In this document: positions 1 to 15,342 of the stretch, in pieces
How the letters are laid out: each line of letters begins with the position of its first letter
How positions within the stretch are numbered: position 1 is the stretch's first letter
Source of the DNA: Eledone cirrhosa
Lineage: Eukaryota
DNA length: 64,000 nt
Direction: 5' to 3'
NCBI GenBank assembly: GCA_964016885.1
Contig: OZ024764.1
Coordinates: 8,742,001-8,806,000, forward strand
The notes under the pieces: model-generated
What the model saw: only the letters and a program-made list of their open reading frames with translations
Database searches by the model: none
Told to the model about the DNA's origin: nothing
Position numbers and translations under genes: made by a program

Positions 1-16
1 AATAATAATAATGTCC

Positions 17-136
17 GTTTACAATTGTTTCGCTACTCCATATAATATTTCTGGATCAGATGACTATATATCATTATTGATCTGGTTCAGTTGAAAATAA
101 TTAACATATTTAAAAATCAGAGTGGCTCATCGGAAC
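17..136 (-). ncRNA. HHR-like motif, U4C core variant, long stem II insert
   Basis: Reverse complement: GTT-CCGATGA-GCCACTC...GAGTAGC-GAAA-CAATTG-TA-AAC. Confidence 0.5.
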
Positions 137-285
137 TCAAAGGAATATAAATTAAAATAATGGGATAATGTTACATAATATAATGTTCCATATATTGGGT
201 TTTACTATGGTGTCTTGGTTGCATCAGCTGTCAGCCGTAATCAAGCAGTATTCATCTGTCGAGGCTACATTGTGTGAGATCTGCC

Positions 286-1320
<1,035 letters not shown>

Positions 1321-1395
1321 TAAATATTATCCAATTACAAGTATGAGAGTAGCTCGATGTAAAATAACAATCAAAGAGTGTTTAATAACATTTAA

Positions 1396-1444
1396 TTACT
1401 AACAATTGTTTCATCCAAGCACAAGGCTGGATCCATCAGAGTAA
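1396..1444 (-). ncRNA. HHR-like motif, A9G variant
   Basis: rc: TTACT-CTGATGG-ATCCAG..CTTGGAT-GAAA-CAATTG-TT-AGTAA. Confidence 0.5.
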
Positions 1445-1627
1445 AAATCAAAAGTTAGAACACAGATAACTTTGTAAAAGAACATTCTATGCTTGGATGA
1501 AATAATTGTTAAGACCCTCTTCCTGCTATTTCAAGCGTTAACTTAATATATATCTCCCATATACTGTACCGATTGTGTTGTTATTTCTATTATTTCTGTT
1601 TACCTTTTACATATACACACACATATA

Positions 1628-1722
<95 letters not shown>

Positions 1723-1735
1723 ATATATATATATA

Positions 1736-2049
1736 AAATAAAGTAAAATAAATAAGACAAATGTTTAAAATTTAGCTTCGTTTATTACTGCTATATATAT
1801 TTCGGTGACAGCCATCTTTGGCTGTGACCTCTTCAGGCAGTCCGAATTAGTGTGGTATAGACAAGTACATATGTTGTTGAGGTGTATAATTTTGTCAATA
1901 CTCTGATATGCCCAGTTCCTGGTTGGGTTGTTATTGGGTTGGACTGCCTGAAGAGGTCACAGCCAAAGATGGCTGTCATAAAAATATATATAGCAGTAAT
2001 AAACGAAGCTAAATTTTAAACATTTGACTTATTTATTTTACTTTATTTT
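1736..2049. mobile_element. Inverted pair of pLTR-like (Penelope-like) remnants
   Basis: Arms of roughly 105 bp in opposite orientation, each with the HHR motif; the + copy (1943-1997) has lost GAAA. Confidence 0.6.
1787..1841 (-). ncRNA. Minimal type I hammerhead ribozyme
   Basis: rc: ACTGC-CTGAAGA-GGTCACAGCC aaagat GGCTGTCACC-GAAA-TATATA-TA-GCAGT; stems I and II pair, stem III palindromic. Confidence 0.8.
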
Positions 2050-2147
2050 ACATTACTCCGGAGTAACCAAATCAACCTGCGCACTTCGTCGAGTGCTCCA
2101 ATCTGCATACTGAGTTGTTGGTATACAACCAACATATACTCAAAATC

Positions 2148-2211
<64 letters not shown>

Positions 2212-2366
2212 CATATATATATGTATATATATATACATATATATATATATATGTATATATATATATGTATACATAGTATACATATATATATGTAGATATA
2301 TAGATATATATATATATACATATATATACATATATACATATATATATATAAATAATTAGATATATG

Positions 2367-2502
<136 letters not shown>

Positions 2503-2545
2503 TATGTGTGTGTCTTCCTCTTTCTCTCTCCCCCACCACCTCTAG

Positions 2546-2642
2546 CTATTACTGTCCGGCAGCAACATCAGTCAAGCGACAGCAGCAGCGGCGGCAGCAG
2601 CAGCAGCAGCGGCCGCCGCCGTGACGTCATCGTCCGCTCCGT

Positions 2643-2674
<32 letters not shown>

Positions 2675-2893
2675 GGGACGGGCGCGCCCCAGCCCACCTG
2701 TTGCGAGAACGGCCGACCGATCATGATGGACCCGTGCACCGGCCAGTCGACCTGCGCCTGCCAGATCCACCCGGCCCTCCTGGCCACCTACCCGCGCATG
2801 CCCGCCTCCATCAGAGAACATATCTACACGACGACGGGATTCACACCTTCGGCCATCCTGGGGACAGAACCCTCGGCATTTTACGCACCCCTG
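2546..2893 (+). CDS. Irx: Iroquois-class homeobox gene, first internal exon in window (poly-Ala plus Cys-rich N-terminal Irx motif)
   Basis: Pyrimidine tract ending ccacctctag, then [15 protein letters not shown]...[22 protein letters not shown]...SAFYAPL, then GTAAGT at 2894. Phase 0 at both ends. The CCENGR..DP.TG..C.CQ motif is typical of invertebrate Irx proteins. Confidence 0.9.
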
Positions 2894-2932
2894 GTAAGTG
2901 TTTTTGTTTTAATGTATTTCTTAGTTCATAGA

Positions 2933-3001
2933 CGAGAGAGAGAAGAGAGAGTGAGAGAGAGGGGGATAAGAGAGGGAGAGAGAGAGAGTGAAGAGAGAGG
3001 G

Positions 3002-3045
<44 letters not shown>

Positions 3046-3116
3046 GAGTGAAGAGAGAGGGATAAGAGAGAGAGAGAGAGATAAGAGAGGGAGAGAGAGA
3101 GAGTGAAGAGAGAGGG

Positions 3117-3188
<72 letters not shown>

Positions 3189-3301
3189 GGGGGGTAAGAG
3201 AGAGAGAGAGAGAGAGAGGGATAAGAGAGGGATAAGAGAGGGAGAGAGAGAGAGAAGAGAGAGGGATAAGAGAGGGAGAGAGAGAGAGAGAGAGAGGGGG
3301 G

Positions 3302-3343
<42 letters not shown>

Positions 3344-3612
3344 TAAGAGAGGGAGAGAGAGAGAAGAGAGAGGGATAAGAGAGGGAGAGAGAGAGAGAAG
3401 AGAGAGGGATAAGAGAGGGAGAGAGAGAGAGAAGGATAAGAGGATAAGAGAGGGAGAGAGAGAGCGCGAACGAGAGAGAAGAGGGAGAGAGAGAGAGAGA
3501 AAGAAAAGAGAAAGACAGACAGAGAGGAAGAGATGAGAGACAGAGATAAAGAAGAGGGAAGAGAAATAGAGAGTGAGAGAAGAGAGAAAAGAGAGAGAGA
3601 AAGAGATAGATA
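2933..3612 (+). repeat. (GA)n polypurine tract with gggataa interruptions
   Basis: Direct inspection; similar tract at 51802-52240. Confidence 0.95.
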
Positions 3613-3797
3613 GATTATATATATGTATATATATTGAAAGGATAACAAGGACGATTGGTTACTCCTTCATTACATTTAGTGGTAGGTGACGCGCGTTTCG
3701 CCACTGATCAGCTGAAGGTTCGATCTGTATCGATCTTACCTAAACATCGAGTGCTCACCCGGGTGAACCTACAGTAACTCCAAGTTACACTCCCTAG

Positions 3798-3855
<58 letters not shown>

Positions 3856-4050
3856 CGGAAGAAATGTGGTCAGGAACCAGGTGGACCATAACGCACCGAA
3901 GTACTCAATACTTAGGGTAGTAGAGTGGGTAATAGGAACGAGTAAGACCCCCGACGGCTGAGCTCAAGCCGTTTCGACCTCAGCCGTCGGGGTCTTACTC
4001 GTTCCTATATATATATATATACATACATACATACATACATACATACATAC

Positions 4051-4116
<66 letters not shown>

Positions 4117-4570
4117 TGGACAGTTTTTACGGGCAAACTAACCCCGGCAAAACCTACCTACCCAGAGGTAGACCAGACACCGAGACAGATGGTTGGATAA
4201 CATTCCTAAGCTCGGCTGTGTTGGAGAATTAAGCTTAATAAGACGAACAACTGTGAAGTAGGCGGATCTGAAGTTCTGGTATCTGTGTGTGGCCCGAACA
4301 GTTCAAGAAATGTGAAACTTCTCAGACGTGCAATGTATGTAATTTCTAGTAATTGATATCTATTAAACTGTATAAAGAGAGATGTCATACCACACCGCGT
4401 CATTTGACTAAGAGAAGGCTTGACGGTTGGATGGATGGCTGGTTGGTTGGCTGGATGGTTGGAAGGTAACGCTAGTGCTGGACGGATGATTGAGAGGGTA
4501 GTGGAGTGGTGGGTGTCATGGATGGCTGGGTGGATCTCATCTGAGACCGTAATATGTGTTATGAGGATCA

Positions 4571-4601
<31 letters not shown>

Positions 4602-4632
4602 TATTCGAGAGTAAACTCGGCCGAAGAAGATA

Positions 4633-4865
<233 letters not shown>

Positions 4866-4950
4866 GTATATATATATATGTATATATATATATGTATATA
4901 TATATATGTATATATATATATGTATATATATATATGTATATATATATATG

Positions 4951-5062
<112 letters not shown>

Positions 5063-5083
5063 CATATATATATATATATGTAC

Positions 5084-5134
<51 letters not shown>

Positions 5135-5135
5135 C

Positions 5136-5166
<31 letters not shown>

Positions 5167-5202
5167 CATATACACATTTATATATATATATATATTTATA
5201 AA

Positions 5203-5285
<83 letters not shown>

Positions 5286-5289
5286 GTGG

Positions 5290-5327
<38 letters not shown>

Positions 5328-5796
5328 TTATTTATTAAAATAACAGATTAAAGTTTAAGCAAAGAATCGCTGCTTTCACCCTTAACGGGATCTTCTGAAA
5401 CTAACTGGTTAGTTTCAGAAGATCCCGTTAAGGGTGAAAGCAGCGATTCTTTGCTTAAACTTTAATCTGTTATTTTAATAAATATTTGCTCTACGGTTCT
5501 TATATATTTGATATATATTTATCCTTAAGGAACCCTCTTTGGATTTTAGTCTTCAAATTTATTATTATTACTATATATATATATATAGGTTAGTTATTCC
5601 GGGTTGAATCGGAGGTAACCACAGTAAGTAAGGTACTCAATACATAGCAGAGTATAAAAGTTTTAATATAGATGAGATTCTACAGGACTAGAACTGTTTC
5701 GTTCTTTAGAAATCACCAGGAATCTGACGCAGATTCCTGGTGATTTCTAAAGAATGAAACAGTTCTAGTCCTGTAGAATCTCATCTATATTAAAAC

Positions 5797-5966
<170 letters not shown>

Positions 5967-5967
5967 C

Positions 5968-6026
<59 letters not shown>

Positions 6027-6172
6027 TATATAGGGAGTGTAACGTCATTACCATAACAGAAGAACGACGAGCTTTTGAATCCGGAGTCGGGTCTGATCGA
6101 CACACATCGAACCTTGAGCTGATTAACCGCGAAACGCGCGTCACGCCTCAATAATTTTATTATTAATATATG

Positions 6173-6204
<32 letters not shown>

Positions 6205-6535
6205 TTATATATATATATATATATAACGAAGGAAGTGTGGAAAGGAACCAGATGGACCATAACGCACCAGAGTACTCAATACTTAGGGTAGGAGAGTGGG
6301 TAATAGTTTAACCCCGACGGCAGAGCTCAGGCCGTTGTGGTTAAACTACTACTACTACTACTGCTACTACTACTACTGCTGCTGGTACTACTACTACTAC
6401 TATACTACTACTACTACTATACTACTACTACTACTACTACTGCTACTACTACTACTACTACTACTGCTACTACTACTACTACTACTACTACATGCACAAT
6501 AATTCTTCTTTTTCTTTCTTCTTCCCTCTCGCAAG

Positions 6536-6669
6536 AAGCCAGCTGGTTACGATATTGAACGTTCCACGGAATCCTGGAAAGCGGCCCTTAGTGCCGGCAC
6601 GGGGTCTGTGCCTCCCGCTTGTTACACATACGACCCAGCAGTGTTGGCGGCACACTCGTACAGCAGCTA
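6536..6669 (+). CDS. Irx: Irx internal exon (not in ORF track in this frame)
   Basis: Long pyrimidine tract + AAG acceptor; reads KPAGYDIERSTESWKAALSAGTGSVPPACYTYDPAVLAAHSYSS+TA then GTAAGT at 6670. Phase 0 in, phase 2 out, matching both neighbouring exons. Start could be 6539 (NAGNAG). Confidence 0.8.
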
Positions 6670-6824
6670 GTAAGTATACCATGATGGTGGGTGGGTGGTA
6701 CAGTGGTTGTTAGGGTGCTGTACAGACACACAATCTCAAATTAGTGGGTTTGGTTATTAGAGACTGTGGAACGCTGGGTTCTTGAGGAAAACACCCTACA
6801 CGTCCTCCAATGAGATACAACCTG

Positions 6825-6904
<80 letters not shown>

Positions 6905-7200
6905 ATATATATGTATATATATGTGTATGTGTGTGTGTATATATATATGTATATATATATATGTATATATATACATATATACATATATATATATATACAT
7001 ATATACATATATATATATACATATATACATATATACACATATGTATATATATACACATATATATATATACATATATACATATATATACACATATATATAT
7101 ATACATATATACATATATAAACACATATATATATATATACATATATATATACACATATATATATATACACACATATATATATATACACACATATATATAT

Positions 7201-7270
<70 letters not shown>

Positions 7271-7276
<6 letters not shown>

Positions 7277-7572
7277 GAAAACACAGGTAAGCATTAAGAG
7301 AAGGATTTTATCCAGGTGTTTACGACCGTTTCATTGGTAAGTGCAACCTTATATCGCTATACTGCAAATAGCAGCCACTCAAATATAATTATTGTTCACG
7401 TCCAAATTTTCAAAATTGACAACTATTTTGAAAATTTGGACTGTAAACAACAATTATATTTGAGTGGCTGCTATTTGCAGTATAACATTATAAGGTTGCA
7501 CTTACCAATGAAACGGTCGTAAATACCTGGATAAAATCCTTTTCTTAATGCTTACCTGTGTTTTCTCTTTTA
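7271..7572. mobile_element. ~300-bp palindromic pLTR-like insert
   Basis: Near-perfect inverted arms around ~7420; each arm carries the HHR 3' half GAAA-CGGTCG-TA. Confidence 0.6.
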
Positions 7573-7709
7573 TACTTTATACTCCAAGATTGAACGGAAT
7601 TCTTACAAACCTGTGGAGTTACCCCTAACCGTACGTTGAAACCATCCATGAAACTGGCTTTCTTAACCAAGAACTGGATCACAATAACCAATTTCCTGCT
7701 TCCCTAACT

Positions 7710-7761
<52 letters not shown>

Positions 7762-7808
7762 GTATATATATATATGTATATATATACATATATATATATA
7801 TACATATG

Positions 7809-7892
<84 letters not shown>

Positions 7893-7909
7893 CATATGTA
7901 TATATATAC

Positions 7910-7957
<48 letters not shown>

Positions 7958-8047
7958 GTATATATATACATATATATATACATATATATATATATATACA
8001 TATGTATATATATACATATATATATATACATATATATATATATACAT

Positions 8048-8099
<52 letters not shown>

Positions 8100-8529
8100 A
8101 GTGTAATTTTCTACACAAAACGAAGGTTATAGAGAAAATTGAGGTTGGTAATGGCACATGGAATATATAAGAGACAGAATACTTTTTTGTGAAAAAACAT
8201 ATAATTTTATAAGGTAAGGAAATAATAAAGGGTATAAAAAAATGACCGGTTTCGATGGGTCTGCAAATATATATATATTGTTATACTTGGGGAGGGTCAT
8301 ATTGTTTAATAGTTAATTTATTTGGCAATCAATGTTTATCATTGATTGAGCAGCGGTTAATATAAATAAATAAATTAACTATGGAGATATAAAAGATACA
8401 GAAGCGAAAACCAACCAAACAGTGAGTGAGTTCTGTTTTTATTTCTGGCAATATTATTACAACAATATGACCCTCCCCAATTTTAACAATATTTGTTTCA
8501 ACACACGATTTCCAATCAAAAACCTTACA

Positions 8530-8566
<37 letters not shown>

Positions 8567-9304
8567 AAATTTGAGTTTTTCGAAAATTAATAATAACATT
8601 CGATTCGTTTGCAATTATGCAAACATTTTAACTTTAATTATATCTCATAAAATAATACAACTGGTTTTTCCACATTATACATATTATTAGCACCCCAAAC
8701 ACTTAAATTGGGTTTATATTTTAATATAACCTAATGTTTGTTGAGTGAGATGGTTACCAGTCAGAGTTTAGCTTTAAACTATCTCTGTTATTGTATTAAA
8801 TATATGTATATATATATAGATGGATGGAAGTTTAGTAAAATCGAAGTTTCGGCTGTAGCCAAGCTAACGAAATATAATCAGGAATTATGCAGCCAAGCAC
8901 TCGATGAGGTAGCTCAGAGTAATGACATATGTTACATAGCAGGGCAAATTGAAAACTGTGGTAAGCAAGCCTAGCCACAAAACCGAAGCAACGAATAAAA
9001 ACAATCAGATTAAATAACAAAACCTTACAAAACATACATACATACATATATATATAAAATTTGAGTTTTTCGAAAATTAATAATTGTTTCTACTTTTGGC
9101 ACAAGGCCAGCAATTATCCAGTGCATTACTGGTACTTTATTTTATCGACCCCGTAAGGATGAAAGGCAAAGTTAACCTCGGCGGGATTTGAACTCAAACC
9201 ATAAAGGGGCGTAACTCGTAATTTTCGAAAATTAATAATAACATTCAATTCGTTTGCAATTATGTAAACATATATATATGTATATATATAGTTTTAATAT
9301 AGAT

Positions 9305-9357
9305 GAGATTCTACAGGACTAGAACTGTTTCATTCTTTAGAAATCATCAGGAATCTC
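9305..9357 (-). ncRNA. Type I hammerhead ribozyme with looped stem III
   Basis: rc: GAGATTC-CTGATGA-TTTCTAAAGAAT-GAAA-CAG ttctagtc CTG-TA-GAATCTC; 7-bp stem I. Related copies at 31012-31061 and, with CTGGTGA, in the 5663-5797 palindrome. Confidence 0.75.
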
Positions 9358-10135
9358 AGGAATTTAGAAATCATCAGAAATCATCAGAAATCATCAGAAA
9401 TTTTATACTCTGCTATGTATTGAGTACCTTACTTACTGTGGTTACCTCCGATTCAACCCGGAATAACGTACTATGTATATATATATATATAGATGGATGG
9501 AAGTTTAGTAAAATCGAAGTTTCGGCTGAATCAAGCTAACGAAATATAATCAGGAATTATGCAGCCAAGCACTCGATGAGGTAGCTCAGAGTAATGACAT
9601 ATGTTAGATAGATGGACAAATTGAAAACTGTGGCAGGCAAGCCTAGCCACAAAACCGAAGCAACGAATAAAAACTATCAGATTAAATAACAAACCTCGAC
9701 CGTTTCGGAACGCCGTGTTTTGCGATAGTTTTCTATGAAATCCAAAATCAACAATCCTACTTGCGTAAGTTTTTGGTGTTTGAAGACCGAACTGAGGGTT
9801 CATGTTGTCGACAGGCTTCCGTTCTGTGCATTGAGCCGATGTGAGAGGAAGTTGTGAGCCGCTGCTAGCAGCAGTGATCCATGTTTCAACTATCACGTGC
9901 TTTTTCCCAACAGGGAAATAAGCCCGGGTTTTTGGCGGGCAAATTCAAAATGTGGACAAGGGAAGTGTTTTCCCTGCACAAACCGAATGAGAAGCACTCC
10001 ACCAGATGTTATTAAACAAACAATAAATAATGAATCAATCAAAATAGAACTGTCTAATTAAATTAATTAACTAATTAATTATTAGGTCTGGGAGATAATA
10101 ATACAAATGGAAGTTTAGTAAAATCGAAGTTTCGG

Positions 10136-10174
<39 letters not shown>

Positions 10175-10205
10175 TAAATGGAAACTATATTTATAAAACC
10201 ATATT

Positions 10206-10271
10206 TATTTTATTATACATATTTCAAAGGCAACCAAGGCAAATTATGGTGCACTTTCATCAGATAAAATA
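10206..10271 (-). ncRNA. Minimal type I hammerhead ribozyme
   Basis: rc: TATTTTAT-CTGATGA-AAGTGCACCA...TGGTTGCCTTT-GAAA-TATGTA-TA-ATAAAATA. Confidence 0.75.
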
Positions 10272-10336
10272 CAGATTTGTTTTACAAATAAATTTTTAAG
10301 CTTGTTGAATCACAACAAATTAAATATAACCTCTGC

Positions 10337-10370
<34 letters not shown>

Positions 10371-10391
10371 TTTTTCTTTCTTTTACACTAG

Positions 10392-10849
10392 TTACCAGGC
10401 CCTAGACTACAACAGCGCCACCAGTCGGCGGAAGAACGCCACCAGGGAGACGACGAACGCTCTGAAGGCGTGGTTGTACGAACACCGCAAGAACCCTTAC
10501 CCGACGAAGGGCGAGAAGATCATGCTGGCCATCATAACGAAAATGACCCTCACCCAAGTCTCCACCTGGTTCGCCAACGCCCGGCGCCGCCTCAAGAAAG
10601 AAAACAAAATGACCTGGTCGGGCAAAGACAAAGGACCGTCGTTGGAGGGGGAGGAGAGGGGCAGAGATGATGGTGGTGATGATGATGAGGAGGAGGAGGA
10701 GGACTATGATGATGATGATGAAGAGGACGGGGAGAGGCCAGTGGCGAAAGATGGCGGCGGCGGCGGCGGTAATGGACCCCGCCACGGCTACTACTCGGAG
10801 AGGAAGGCGGTCGCCGACACCGAGGAAGACTCGTCGCTGTTTGACGAAG
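10392..10849 (+). CDS. Irx: Irx homeodomain exon plus acidic region
   Basis: ttttacactag acceptor; first T completes TAT. Encodes [64 protein letters not shown] (TALE PYP loop, Irx-diagnostic WFANARRR), then a D/E tract; donor G|GTGAGT at 10850, phase 1. Confidence 0.97.
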
Positions 10850-13800
10850 GTGAGTTTGGTGTTGTTATTGTGGTGGTGGTGGTGGTGTGTGTGGTGGTGG
10901 TGGTGTGTGGTGGTGGTGTGTGGTGGTGGTGGTGGTGTGTGGTGGTGTGGTGGTGGTGTTATTGTGGTGGTGGTGGTGGTGTTGTGTGTGGTGGTGGTGT
11001 TGTTATTGTGGTGGTGGTGTGTGGTGTGTGTGGTGGTGGTGGTGGTGTGTGTGGTGGTGGTGGTGGTGGTGGTGGTGGTGGTGTGTGTGGTGGTGGTGAG
11101 TTTGGTGTTGTTATTGTGGTGGTGGTGGTGGTGGTGGTGGTGTGTGTGGTGGTGTGTGTGGTGGTGTTGTGTGTGGTGGTGGTGGTGGTGGTGTGTGTGG
11201 TGGTGTGTGTGGTGGTGGTGGTGTTGTGTGTGTGGTGGTGGTGTTGTTATTGTGGTGGTGGTGGTGGTGTGTGGTGGTGGTGGTGGTGGTGTGTGTGTGG
11301 TGGTGGTGTGTGGTGGTGGTGGTGTGTGTGGTATTGTGTGTGGTGGTCGTGTTATTGTGGTGGTGGTGGTGTGGGTGGTGGTGGTGTTGTTATTGTGGTG
11401 GTGGTGGTGGTGGTGTGTGTGGTGGTGGTGGTGTGTGTGTGGTGGTGGTGTGTGTGGTTGTGGTGGTGGTGGTGGTGGTGGTGGTGGTGTTGTGGTGGTG
11501 GTGGTGTGTGTGTGGTGGTGTGTGTGGTGGTGTGCGTGGTGTGGGGTGGTGGTGTTGTTATTGTGGTGGTGGTGGTGTTGTTATTGTGGTGGTGGTGGTG
11601 GTGGTGTGGGTGGTGGTGGTGTTGTTATTGTGGTGGTGGTGGTGTGGGTGGTGGTGGTGTTGTTATTGTGGTGGTGGTGGTGGTGTGTGTGGTGGTGTGT
11701 GTGAGTTTGGTGTTGTTATTGTGGTGGTGGTGGTGTTGTGTGTGGTGGTGGTGTGTGTGGTGGTGGTGGTGGTGGTGGTGGTGTGTGTGTGTGGTGGTGT
11801 GTGTGGTGGTGGTGGTGTTGTGTGTGTGGTGGTGGTGGTGTTGTGTGTGTGTGTGGTGGTGGTGGTGGTGTTGTTATTGTGGTGGTGGTGGTGGTGGTGG
11901 TGTGTGTGGTGTTGTTATTGTGGTGGTGGTGGTGTTGTGTGTGGTGGTGGTGGTGGTGTGTGTGGTGGTGGTGGTGTTGTTGTTGGTGGTGGTGGTGGTG
12001 ATGTTGTTGATATTGTGGTAGTGGTGGTGGTGGTGGTGGTGCTGGTGGTGGTGTTGGTGGTGTTGTGTGTGGTGGTGGTGGTGGTGTGAGTGGTGGTGGT
12101 GTGTGTGTTGGTGGTGGTGTTGTGTGTGGTGGTGGTGGTGTTGTGTGTGGTGGTGGTGGTGGTGGTGTGTGTGGTGGTGGTGTTGTGTGTGGTGGTGTTG
12201 TGTGTGGTGGTGGTGGTGGTGTGAGTGGTGGTGGTGTGTGTGGTGGTGGTGGTGTTGTGTGTGGTGGTGGTGGTGTTGTGTGTGGTGGTGGTGGTGGTGG
12301 TGTGTGTGGTGTGGTGGTGGTGGTGTGTGTGTGGTGGTGGTGGTGTGTGGTGGTGGTGGTGGTGGTGGTGGTGTTGTTATTGTGGTGGTGGTGGTGTTGT
12401 GTGTGGTGGTGGTGTTGTTATTGTGGTGGTGTTGTTATTGTGGTGGTGGTGTGTGGTGTGTGTGGTGGTGGTGGTGGTGTGTGTGGTGGTGGTGGTGGTG
12501 GTGGTGTTGTTATTGTGGTGGTGGTGGTGGTGGTGTGTGGTGTGTGGTGGTGGTGGTGTGTGTGTGGTGGTGGTGTGTGTGGTGGTGGTGGTGGTGGTGG
12601 TGTTGTTATTGTGGTGGTGGTGGTGGTGTTGTTATTGTGGTGGTGGTGTTGTTATTGTGGTGGTGGTGTGTGGTGTGTGTGGTGGTGGTGTGTGGTGTGT
12701 GTGGTGGTGGTGGTGGTGTGTGTGGTGGTGGTGGTGGTGTGGGGTGGTGGTGGTGGTGTTGTGTGGTGGTGGTGGTGGTGTGGTGGTGTGTGTGGTGGTG
12801 GTGTGTGGTGTGTGTGGTGGTGGTGGTGGTGTGTGTGGTGGTGGTGGTGGTGTGGGGTGGTGGTGGTGGTGTTGTGTGGTGGTGGTGGTGGTGTGGTGGT
12901 GTGTGTGGTGGTGGTGGTGTGTGTGGTGGTGGTGATGTGTGTGTGGTGGTGGTGGTGTGTGTGGTGGTGGTGTGTGTGGTGGTGGTGGTATGTGTGTGTG
13001 GTGGTGGTGGTGGTGGTGTGTGTGGTGGTGGTGGTGGTGTGGGGTGGTGGTGGTGGTGTTGTGTGGTGGTGGTGGTGGTGTGGTGGTGTGTGTGGTGGTG
13101 GTGGTGTGTGTGGTGGTGGTGATGTGTGTGTGGTGGTGGTGGTGTGTGTGTGGTGGTGGTGTGTGTGGTGGTGGTGGTGGTGGTGGTGGTGGTGTTGTTA
13201 TTGTGGTGGTGGTGGTGGTGTTGTGTGTGATGGTGGTGTTGTTATTGTGGTGGTGGTGTTGTTATTGTGGTGGTGGTGTGTGGTGTGTGTGGTGGTGGTG
13301 GTGGTGTGTGTGGTGGTGGTGGTGGTGTGTGTGGTGGTGGTGGTGTGTGTGTGTGGTGGTGTTGTTGTTGGTGGTGGTGTTGTGTGTGGTGGTGGTGGTG
13401 TTGTTGGTGGTGTTGGTGGTGGTGTTGTGTGTGGTGTTGTGTGTGGTGTTGTTATTGTGTTGGTGGTGGTGGTGGTGGTGTGTGTGGTGGTGGTGGTGGT
13501 GTGTGTGGTGGTGGTGTGTGGTGGTGGTGGTGTTGGTGAGTTTGGTGTTGTTATTGTGGTGGTGGTGGTGGAGTGTGTGGTGGTGGTGTGTGTGGTGGTG
13601 GTGGTGGTGGTGTGTGGTGGTGGTGTTGTTATTGTGGTGGTGGTGGTGGTGTGTGTGTGGTGGTGGTGTGTGTGGTGGTGGTGTGTGGTGGTGGTGGTGT
13701 TGGTGGTGGTGAGTTTGGTGTTGTTATTGTGGTGGTGGTGGTGGTGTGTGTGGTGGCGGTGTGTGTGGTGGTGGTGGTGGTGGTGTGTGGTGGTGTGTGT

Positions 13801-15092
13801 GGTGGTGTTGTGTGTGATGGTGGTGGTGTTGTGTGTGGTGGTGGTGGTGGTGGTGGTGTTGGTGGTGTTGTGTGTGGTGGTGATGGTGGTGGTGGTGCTG
13901 TTGGTGTTGTTGGTGGTGGTGGTGATGTTGTTGATATTGTGGTAGTGGTGGTGGTGGTGGTGGTGGTGGTGGTGTGTGTGGTGGTGGTGGTGGTGTGTGT
14001 GGTGGTGGTGGTGGTGTTGGTGGTGTTGTGTGTGGTGGTGGTGGTGTGTGTGTGGTGGTGGTGGTGGTGAGTGTGTGGTGGTGTGTGTGTGGTGGTGGTG
14101 GTGGTGTGTGTGTGGTGGTGTGTGTGTGGTGGTGGTGGTGGTGGTGTGTGGTGTGTGGTGGTGGTGGTGGTGTGTGTGGTGGTGTGTGTGGTGGTGGTGG
14201 TGTGTGTGTGGTGGTGGTGGTGGTGTGTGTGTGGTGGTGGTGGTGTATGTGTGGTGGTGTGTGTGGTGGTGGTGGTGGTGTGTGTGGTGGTGGTGGTGTT
14301 GTTGGTGGTGTTGTGTGTGGTGTTGTTATTGTGTTGGTGGTGGTGGTGGTGGTGGTGTGTGTGGTGGTGGTGGTGGTGTTGTGTGTGGTGGTGGTGTTGT
14401 TATTGTGGTGGTGGTGTGGTGGTGTGTGTGGTGGTGGTGGTGGTGGTGGTGGTGGTGGTGGTGGTGTTGGTGGTATGTGTGGTGGTGGTGGTGTTGGTGT
14501 GTGTGGTGGTGGTGGTGCTGGTGGCTTGTGGTGGTGTTGGTGTTGTGTGGTGGTGGTGGTGTTGTGTGTGGTACTGGTGGTGGTGTTGTGTGTGGTGGTG
14601 GTGGTGGTGTTGTGTGTGGTGGTGGTGGTGGTGTTGTGTGTGGTGGTGGTGTTGTTATTGTGGTGGTGGTGTGGTGGTGGTGCTGGTGGTGTGTGTGGTG
14701 GTGGTGGTGTTGTGTGTGGTGGTGGTGGTGGTGGTGGTGTGTGTGGTGGTGGTGGTGGTGTTGTGTGGTGGTGGTGTTGGTGGTGTTGTGTGTGGTGGTG
14801 TGTGTGGTGGTGGTGGTGGTGGTGGTGGTGTTGTTGTGGTGGTGTTGTGTGTGGTGTTGGTGTGTGTGGTGTTGGTGTTGTGTGTGGTGGTGGTGGTGTT
14901 GTGGTGGTGGTGGTGGTGTTGTTGTTGTGGTGTTGTGGTGGTGGTGGTGGTGGTGTTGTTGTGCTGGTGGTGGAGGTGTGGTGGTGGTGGTGGTGGTGGT
15001 GGTGTGGTGGTGGTAGTGGTGGTGGTGGTGGTGGTGGTGGTGGTGGTGGTGGTGGTGGTATAATGATGATGTGTGGTGTTGTGCTGGTGGGG
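10850..15092 (+). repeat. 4.2-kb (GGT)n/(GT)n degenerate array
   Basis: Almost only G and T; recurring gttgttattgtggtgg unit. Confidence 0.97.
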
Positions 15093-15226
15093 ATGTATCT
15101 AGCTGTCGAAACGGCCGGAGCTCTGCCGTCGGGGTCATACATTTTCCTATTACCCACTCTACTACCCTAAGTATTGAGTACTCTGGTGCGTTATGGTCCA
15201 CCTGGTTCCTTACCACATTTCCTTTG

Positions 15227-15279
<53 letters not shown>

Positions 15280-15342
15280 CTAAGAGATACATATTTTGTT
15301 ATAACACACTCACACTTATATATATATATATATATATATATA

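Noticed and set aside
10850-15276. V/G/W/C-rich and H/P/T-rich ORFs, including the extension of the homeodomain ORF to 12021
   Set aside because: (GGT)n array after a canonical donor; intronic.
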